From Octopus bimaculoides (Eukaryota), in contig NC_068990.1 in assembly GCF_001194135.2 (NCBI RefSeq), positions 66,544,928 through 66,608,927 of the forward strand: DNA of 64,000 nt. Reading direction: 5' to 3'. Below are positions 56,463-64,000 of this stretch, piece after piece (the first letter of the stretch is position 1; each line of letters opens with the position of its first letter). The notes under the pieces were generated by a model that was not told the origin of the DNA, made no database searches, and was given only the letters and a program-made list of their open reading frames with translations. The position numbers and the translations under genes were made by a program.

Positions 56463-57878
56463 GTGAGTTACCTCCTCATGAATCAACGCGTTGATGGCTA
56501 AGTATTTTTGAGACTCATGGTAACCTTAATATATTTCATCAGAGTGAAAGTGCATTAGAAGGCAGTGCCCTTATTACGGATACAATTCACCTAACGAGCT
56601 TCTATAGTTTCTACCGGCTAAATTTAATTCACATGGTATGGAGCAACATAAGGCCACAGAAAATTGTATTTGGCCAAGATGATACGCACCTTCTTCAACG
56701 GAAGAAGCCTATGCAACTATAAATACAATCAGGAATGACATTGAAATGAAGAGACATATACCTAAAACACATATACAAACATGCCTACAAGCACATACAT
56801 ATGTATGACATTTGCGTATGTAAGTGTCCCTGTGTATGTTTACGCGTGTGTGAGAGTATATATATATATATATATATATATATATNNNNNNNNNNNNNNN
56901 NNNNNNNNNNNNNNNNNNNNNNNNNNNNNNNNNNNNNNNNNNNNNNNNNNNNNNNNNNNNNNNNNNNNNNNNNNNNNNNNNNNNNNNNNNNNNNNNNNNN
57001 NNNNNNNNNNNNNNNNNNNNNNNNNNNNNNNNNNNNNNNNNNNNNNNNNNNNNNNNNNNNNNNNNNNNNNNNNNNNNNNNNNNNNNNNNNNNNNNNNNNN
57101 NNNNNNNNNNNNNNNNNNNNNNNNNNNNNNNNNNNNNNNNNNNNNNNNNNNNNNNNNNNNNNNNNNNNNNNNNNNNNNNNNNNNNNNNNNNNNNNNNNNN
57201 NNNNNNNNNNNNNNNNNNNNNNNNNNNNNNNNNNNNNNNNNNNNNNNNNNNNNNNNNNNNNNNNNNNNNNNNNNNNNNNNNNNNNNNNNNNNNNNNNNNN
57301 NNNNNNNNNNNNNNNNNNNNNNNNNNNNNNNNNNNNNNNNNNNNNNNNNNNNNNNNNNNNNNNNNNNNNNNNNNNNNNNNNNNNNNNNNNNNNNNNNNNN
57401 NNNNNNNNNNNNNNNNNNNNNNNNNNNNNNNNNNNNNNNNNNNNNNNNNNNNNNNNNNNNNNNNNNNNNNNNNNNNNNNNNNNNNNNNNNNNNNNNNNNN
57501 NNNNNNNNNNNNNNNNNNNNNNNNNNNNNNNNNNNNNNNNNNNNNNNNNNNNNNNNNNNNNNNNNNNNNNNNNNNNNNNNNNNNNNNNNNNNNNNNNNNN
57601 NNNNNNNNNNNNNNNNNNNNNNNNNNNNNNNNNNNNNNNNNNNNNNNNNNNNNNNNNNNNNNNNNNNNNNNNNNNNNNNNNNNNNNNNNNNNNNNNNNNN
57701 NNNNNNNNNNNNNNNNNNNNNNNNNNNNNNNNNNNNNNNNNNNNNNNNNNNNNNNNNNNNNNNNNNNNNNNNNNNNNNNNNNNNNNNNNNNNNNNNNNNN
57801 NNNNNNNNNNNNNNNNNNNNNNNNNNNNNNNNNNNNNNNNNNNNNNNNNNNNNNNNNNNNNNNNNNNNNNNNNNNNNN

Positions 57879-57935
<57 letters not shown>

Positions 57936-58164
57936 TCAACAGTCAATAACCGATGAGTCTGTCAACTTTCAAAGTTTCTAGAAATATTTCTGCCGTCATC
58001 ATATTTTTTAAATGGTGACAAGTCTACGTTTATCCTGAAGACTATGCTAATTAGTCCTGTACCATAATCTCTGCACATAATAATGCTGATAATTACTGTT
58101 AGACGTACACAAAAGAAAATATTCTGTTTTCAAAATGAATTCTATATTTTACCCTGACAAATAG

Positions 58165-58314
58165 GGTCGTCTGCGACATCGAGGTGCTAAACTACCAGAG
58201 CAACGAGCGGTATATTATGACGAAGAAATCACTAACATTTCAATTGAAAGCTGGCATGAATGTTACTTCGGCGTATGTCAAACTGGATAAAAAAATCAGA
58301 TCCTTCCTTTTCAG
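58165..58314 (+). CDS. Putative exon of an unidentified plus-strand gene
   Basis: ttttaccctgacaaatag acceptor and CAG|gtaagt donor; 150 nt; phase 2-2 frame open (VVCDIEVLNYQSNERYIMTKKSLTFQLKAGMNVTSAYVKLDKKIRSFLF); phase 0 frame GRLRHRGAKLPEQRAVYYDEEITNISIESWHECYFG reaches an alternative gtatgt donor at 58273; no minus-strand frame stays open. Confidence 0.5.
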
Positions 58315-59437
58315 GTAAGTCCTTAACACTCCCACCAATTCTGTTTTTCAAAACTTGTTCGTCTTTTCGTAAGTTCAAGTAACTTGCTCAGTTTTTACTT
58401 TATATTTCTGACAGAGAGAGACGGAAGGTAAATACATTAAATAAATATAGACGGAGACTTAAATTTGACTGAAAGCAGACGTTTTCTGATTTTCTGTATC
58501 GTTAGTTAGATATTGACTGGACAGACGAAGTGTAGCTGTTGTATATGTAAACAACTGTTATAAATATTGACTACATAAATACGAACAACACCTAAACAGA
58601 CATAAACAGTTCTAACTGACTTAGTCTATGTGCCTGATCGTACAAATGAACTAAAGAAATACAGATTGCAAATATCATATTAACTAGAATCGCGCCATCT
58701 TTAACATGTTAGTGGTATCTTCTTTATCGAAAATTGTTGATTATTCAGACCCTTTACTTGGATGAGCACCAAATATAGACATGTCTTTCTTTTAGACTGA
58801 TTATTCTCATATTTCATTTTAGCGATTAGTCGCTGTTTGGAGAAGTTTTAATGGAGTGATGCAATGTTCGTGTATCGAATCGCTTATGTTGTTGTCAAAC
58901 TCCATTTTGATAAGACTACTGCATTTCTGATTGTTTTTATTCTCTAAAATATTTTCTGATGAGTTATTTTATTTTGATGAGCACGAAAACTCACGAACAT
59001 TCAAGGATTGCAAATCTGTTATGAATTTGTAATCGATGGCATTTTATTTCTTTCTCGTTTCTAATGCCATTGAAAAACTTCTTAGACGCTAAATTTTCAC
59101 ATTTCTACAATTGCCATTGAAAAGAAAAAGCCTTTAATGCCAAATTCTATCATCTCAACACATATAAACAAAGCCTTTGGGCTTAATCTAAAAAAGAAAA
59201 ATGAATTTCTTGGTGACTTGAATGAAGAATTTATCTCTGACACTCCATTCAGTGAGGTACCGAAACATCTTTTATCGACTTCTCGCAGATCCTAAATTTA
59301 ATGTTCAGTTTTAGGGCAATTTCAAGTTGAGTGTACAAGTCTCCAGCTGAAATATTATAACCTAAATACAGCATTAATATCATAATCTGAATACAGCAAT
59401 AATTGTGAAAGTGCATAATGAAGTGTTTAGATAGTTG

Positions 59438-59655
59438 CACTCAGAATCTCAAGAATATGGTCGGAGTGGGCGGTACGTTGTGTTCTTAAGCAAAACACTT
59501 CATTACATGTTGCTTTAGTTCACTCAGCTGTAAATAGTAACCATGTAATGGACTGGTATCCTGTTTAGGAGAAATATTGTGATGTTGGTCACTTATGGAC
59601 TATGTACACCGGCTAAATTGCCGGATGTGCGTTGTAAGACTCGTGTTAGTAATGC
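59438..59655 (+). mobile_element. SINE family D body, degenerate
   Basis: gttgtgttcttaagcaaaacacttcattacatgttgctttagttcactcagctgtaaat. Confidence 0.6.
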
Positions 59656-59710
59656 CCAGAGTTTACTGCATTAACTTGTTTAGTTGTTTATTTTTAATAT
59701 TTATCCACAG

Positions 59711-59836
59711 TATTTAAACACGGAAAGCAAATCTTTATTGTCCTATTTGAGCCTGGTTGTGATATGCAGACCTCATATTCGAGCAGACTCAGCTATTATG
59801 CGTTTTCATAGTTTGTTTAAAATATACATTTTATGT
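59711..59836 (+). CDS. Weak candidate exon (126 nt)
   Basis: tttttaatatttatccacag acceptor and TGT|gtaagt donor; phase 0-0 frame open (YLNTESKSLLSYL...FKIYILC), but the 3' part is AT-rich and intron-like. Confidence 0.15.
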
Positions 59837-59930
59837 GTAAGTAAAGATAAAATGAGCACTGGTGCTTTGTTATTTGTGTGCATTTTGTAAGGAAAAAGGG
59901 CAGATATAAAGCAAATAAATAATAATGTTT

Positions 59931-60150
59931 ATAATAATCCTTTCTACTAAAGGCACAAGTCGTTAAATTTTAAGGGCGGAGACTAGTCGATTATATCTAT
60001 CCCAGTGTTTAACGGTTGCTTAATTTATCGACCCCAAAAGGATAAAAGACAAAGTCAACCGAGGCAGAATTGAACTCGGAACAGACCGATGGGCGAAATA
60101 CTGTTAAGCATTTTGTCCAGCGTACTAACGATTCTGCCAGTTTGCCGCCT
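59931..60150 (-). mobile_element. SINE family A, full length
   Basis: ataataatcctttctactaaaggcacaag...attctgccagtttgccgcc. Confidence 0.9.
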
Positions 60151-60362
60151 TCAATAAAGTTTATAACAAGGAAAAATAAAGTTGAAGTGAAAGAATAGGT
60201 GAGGAGAGAGTGGTGGGTCTCTCAAATAAGCAAATGATTAAATTTTCGAAGGGAAATGTGCGGTCAATTTAATCGACGCCTATTAGTGTTGAGATGTGAT
60301 AGACGTTTTATTTGAAGTCCAGAAAGACGGCGAGCTAAACCCAAATTCCGCCAGATTTCAAA

Positions 60363-60480
60363 AGAAGAAGAAGAAGAAGAAGAAGAAGAAGAAGAAGAAG
60401 AAGAAGAAGAAGAAGAAGAAGAAGAAGAAGAAGAAGAAGAAGAAGAAGAAGAAGAAGAAGAAGAAGAAGAAGAAGAAGAA
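60363..60480. repeat. (AAG)n microsatellite
   Basis: Pure triplet array. Confidence 0.97.
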
Positions 60481-61068
60481 TGATCACGATTCTGGAGTCA
60501 AACAACAACGTTGTCTCATCTGTATTAATAAGATTATATGTCATTGTCAGCTCTAGCCTAGGTTTTAACTTGTCATCTCTGTATTTGGTTTGGACTATGT
60601 GGATATTCCTTCTCTGCTCACCAGTTAAAATATTACGTTCCAATCGTATGCTAATAATAAACACGCATATTGGTTTTATTTCACTTGTTTATTATTCGCC
60701 AATTGGTCAACTATTTAACCAATAAACTAATCTATAGTTTGCTTAATCATTTGGTTAGTCCATCAATCAATTTGTCAAAGTCCTTTCATCGCCATTCACG
60801 ATCTCTTCAATAGCATGCCCTCTCTACACAAGGTCAGCTTCAGGACGGTTTGTCTTTGCTTGTCTTGCCAACCAAACGCAAAATTGAAATACCATTCTTT
60901 AAACAAGTAAATTCTATTAATATATGATCCGAAGCTAATAGAATAAGCTTGTATTCTAGAATACAAGATTAATAAAACTGGATAAGAACGAGGATATATC
61001 CAGTACTAGGCAAGTAGCCTAGTTCAGCCTCACTCAAATCATACTAATTGTTTTTAATAAATAAAACA

Positions 61069-61203
61069 ATCACTCAGCTCCTCCGACGATGAAGAGCGCG
61101 GCTATCTGGGTGAACTGATGCGAATTGCAGGACTCAGTGAACTTCGACACCTCGAACACACATTGCGACCCCGGTATCCCATCGTCCCGGGGCCCCGTTC
61201 GTT
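61069..61203 (+). rRNA. 5.8S rRNA: Orphan 5.8S rRNA-derived copy, 5'-truncated, probable pseudogene
   Basis: Colinear 5.8S motifs atcactc.gctc, cgatgaagagcgc, gaattgcagga, tcgaca..tcgaac.cacattgcg and the GC-rich ccccgg...ccgggg hairpin; no flanking 18S/ITS/28S. Confidence 0.85.
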
Positions 61204-61213
61204 CATTTATATA

Positions 61214-61380
61214 GGCGCAGGTGTGGCTGTGTGGTAAGGAGCTTGCTTTCCCGCCACATAATTCTGCGCTCAGTCTCAGCCTGACACCTTGGGCAAGTGA
61301 CGTCTACTATAGCCTCGGGCCGACCAAACCCTTGTGAGTAGATTTGGTAGACAGAAACTGTAAAGAAGCCCACCGTATAT
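61214..61380 (+). mobile_element. SINE family B head
   Basis: ggcgcaggtgtggctgtgtggtaagg...ccttgggcaagtg...ggtagacagaaactgtaaagaagccc. Confidence 0.85.
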
Positions 61381-61499
61381 AGCTTTTAAACGACTGACCT
61401 CCAGTGGGAAGGTCTGCAAACAAATATCTGACTTGTTTTGGAGAATTTGGTGCAATTGCTTCCTCCAGTCATATCCCGAAGATGATCATATTCGTTGCA

Positions 61500-61816
61500 A
61501 AAAAAATCACGTAAAAAGAATCGCCGAAAACAATTGCAGTAATGAAAACATAAGAATCCAAAAATTTCAGGATTGCAGGTCCAGATTCGGCCCGGAATGT
61601 TTTTATTTACTCACAGAGTTGGCCTTTAGATTATAAAAATTGTTATCGTACAAAATCTTTTGCCGCAAAAAGTCACGTAAAAAAATTTCCGAAAACAATC
61701 ACGTAAAAAAATTCCCGAAAACAATCACAGTATTGAAAACTTTGGAATACAAAATTTCAGCATTTTGAGTCTGGATTCGGCCCGGAATGTTTTTAATTTA
61801 CTCACGAAGTCAGCCT
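61500..61816 (+). repeat. Local tandem duplication (about 170-bp offset)
   Basis: tcacgtaaaaa...ccgaaaacaat...aaaatttcag...gattcggcccggaatgttttta.tttactcac occurs twice. Confidence 0.85.
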
Positions 61817-62000
61817 GATTAACAAATGGTATGGTATGTTGGGCTACGGCCTCTAGAAATAAAATTGAAAAAGTGTGACACATTGACACACTGATATTCA
61901 CATTTATTATATTATATTATATTATATTATATTATATTATATTATATTATGTTATATTATATTATATCATATTATATTATATTATATTATATTATATTAA

Positions 62001-62215
62001 GGTGGCGAGCTGGCAGAATCGTTAGCACGCCGAGCGAAATGCTTAGCGGTATTTGGTCCGCCGTTAGGTTTTCAGTTCGACTTCCGCCGAGGTCGACTTT
62101 GCCTTTCATCTTCTTGGAGTCGATAAAATTAGTACCAGTTACGTATTGGAGTCAACGTAATCGCCTTAATCCCTTTCCTCAGAATTTGAGTCCTTGTGCT
62201 TCCAGTAGAAAGGAT
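62001..62215 (+). mobile_element. SINE family A preceded by (ATTAT)n
   Basis: ggtggcgagctggcagaatcgttagcacgccgagc...agtagaaaggatt. Confidence 0.9.
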
Positions 62216-62753
62216 TTTTTAAAGTTGAAAAAGTGTGACGCACTGACATTCACATTTATCATATTAGATATATATAATTTTGGGGAGACATTATTTCAAT
62301 TAAAGTGTATTTTATATATATGCCCGTGTGTGTGTGTGTATATATATGTGTGTATGTGTATTAAAGAAAGCAAGAAGTAAAACAAAAATGATAACGTTCA
62401 GTATGTTGGCCACAGGAATTTCTGTCAAAGAGACATGGTTAAACTAAGTTGTACATCATCTCCCTCTTTCTTTCACATTCCTACTCTTTCTTTCGCTCTT
62501 CTTATTATTCCCACTGCCACCATCAGCACTACTACTTTTAATAAAACATCATGAGCTCTCCTTAAATTTCTCTCTTTTCTCCCTGTATTTTTGTTTCTTT
62601 CTCTCTCTCTCTGTCTGTCTTAACCACTGCCCTCACCGTCTCTATGACTACTATTACTCTCACCCCAGCACGAGGAATAGTAGAAGTGTCACTGAATAGT
62701 TAAGGGAGATGTCAAAATATGACACACCGACACACAGAAATTTGTTTTGTCAT

Positions 62754-63130
62754 TTATTACCTCCGCCTTCGGTAAGGCGGAGGTATTGTTTTGAGTCGCA
62801 TTTGTTTGTTTGTTTGTCTTTAGACAAAATATCTCAAGAACCGCTGGATGGATTCGGATGACACTTTCAGCGATGTTTGGCCTCATGACTGGCACGAACT
62901 GATTAGATTTACAGATCGATCCGGTATCGGAAAAGGATTTTGGAATATTTTACCTGTATTTATTTAAACTTAATTTTTGAGAGTGGTCGGGTTCATTTTT
63001 AGTATTCTCGTTTGTGAGAGGAGTCGATTTTATTTCAGATATTCTCATTTTAAAAATCACCTCTGGCTCATTGTTGAGAGGACGTTGGTGTTGCCTTGGC
63101 GGAGATTTGCGCTCTCTCAGTGCTATTGTT
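62754..63130 (+). mobile_element. DINE-1/HINE-like non-autonomous Helentron
   Basis: 5' hairpin acctccgcctt-cggt-aaggcggaggt, (TTTG)n tract, 3' subterminal repeat ccttggcggag, terminal stem-loop gcgctctctcagtgc, T-rich ends. Confidence 0.75.
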
Positions 63131-63137
63131 ATATTAG

Positions 63138-63191
<54 letters not shown>

Positions 63192-63194
63192 ATT

Positions 63195-63410
63195 TGTACA
63201 AGTCTTTGCGTATGTGTTTGTCCCCCAACCATCGCTTGACAACCGATGTTGATGTGCTTACGTACCTGTAACTTTACTGTTCGACAAAAGACGGATAGAA
63301 TAAGTATTAGGCTTACAAAGAATAAGTCCTAGGGTCGATTTCTTCGACTAAAACCCTTTGAGGCGGTGCTCCAGCTTGGTGGCAGTCAAGAGACTGAAAC
63401 AAGTAAATGA
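63195..63410 (+). mobile_element. SINE family B/C tail after (TG)n
   Basis: gtgtttgtccccca..cgcttgacaaccgatg...ggcggtgctccagc..gcagtcaagagactgaaacaagtaaa. Confidence 0.8.
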
Positions 63411-63659
63411 ATATAAAGGAAGGATACATTGGATATTGCATTATTAGCTGTTCCTGAGAACAAACAGGGTGGTCGTATTTGTAACGTATACCATTACATA
63501 TCTTACTCGATCACGGCTCAGCTGAGATTCGACAACAAAAGGATTAACAACAAACATGAAAACGTCTAAAAAAGAAAATATGCACGAATTATACATGGAA
63601 AATCGAGATGAATTGGTTTCTTCTGTATGTGTCTATTGATTGTAGTGAAAGTCTGCATA

Positions 63660-63726
63660 CTATCACGACTAACACCACTACCATCACTACCGCCATTACA
63701 CATCATGACGACGACGACGATGAAGA

Positions 63727-63758
<32 letters not shown>

Positions 63759-64000
63759 TGTAGAAGCAACGACAGCACCACTGCCACCAAGAGCAGCACA
63801 ACAGCATAACACCACCATCATCACCACCACCTTTAACACTACCACCATTAATCACCATCACGACGACCACTAACATCATCACTACCACCATCATGAACAC
63901 CACCACCACTACCATCACCACCACCACCACTACCACAACCACCACCACTATTACTACGACCGCTGCCATCGCCACCGTCAACACCGACAGCATGTCATTA
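63660..64000. repeat. Degenerate (ACC/ACT/ACG/ACA)n low-complexity tract
   Basis: Imperfect triplet runs. Confidence 0.85.

Overview
AT-rich animal genomic DNA from a gapped draft assembly (many N runs next to (CA)n/(TA)n arrays). It most resembles an octopus-type cephalopod genome; that is inferred from the tRNA-derived SINE types and microsatellite load and is not verified. There is no intact gene or intact autonomous transposon. The window is mostly intronic/intergenic and filled with degenerate mobile elements: several tRNA-SINE families, R4/Dong-clade, RTE and CR1-like LINE fragments, a Neptune-type Penelope-like element (RT + GIY-YIG), Tc1/mariner remnants and a DINE-1/HINE-like non-autonomous Helentron. 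One good plus-strand exon candidate (58165-58314) and two weaker ones suggest a plus-strand host gene with long introns. Most worth following up: an orphan 5.8S rRNA copy abutting a SINE; a 290-bp palindrome/inverted triplication and a 200-bp hairpin whose transition mismatches are nearly all G-U-compatible on the + strand; a minimal hammerhead-like motif with a variant core; (ATT/TAA)n arrays acting as shared landing pads for SINEs and Dong-like LINEs; and a 3' tail shared by a SINE and a CR1-like LINE. All element classifications come from reading motifs by eye, without database searches.
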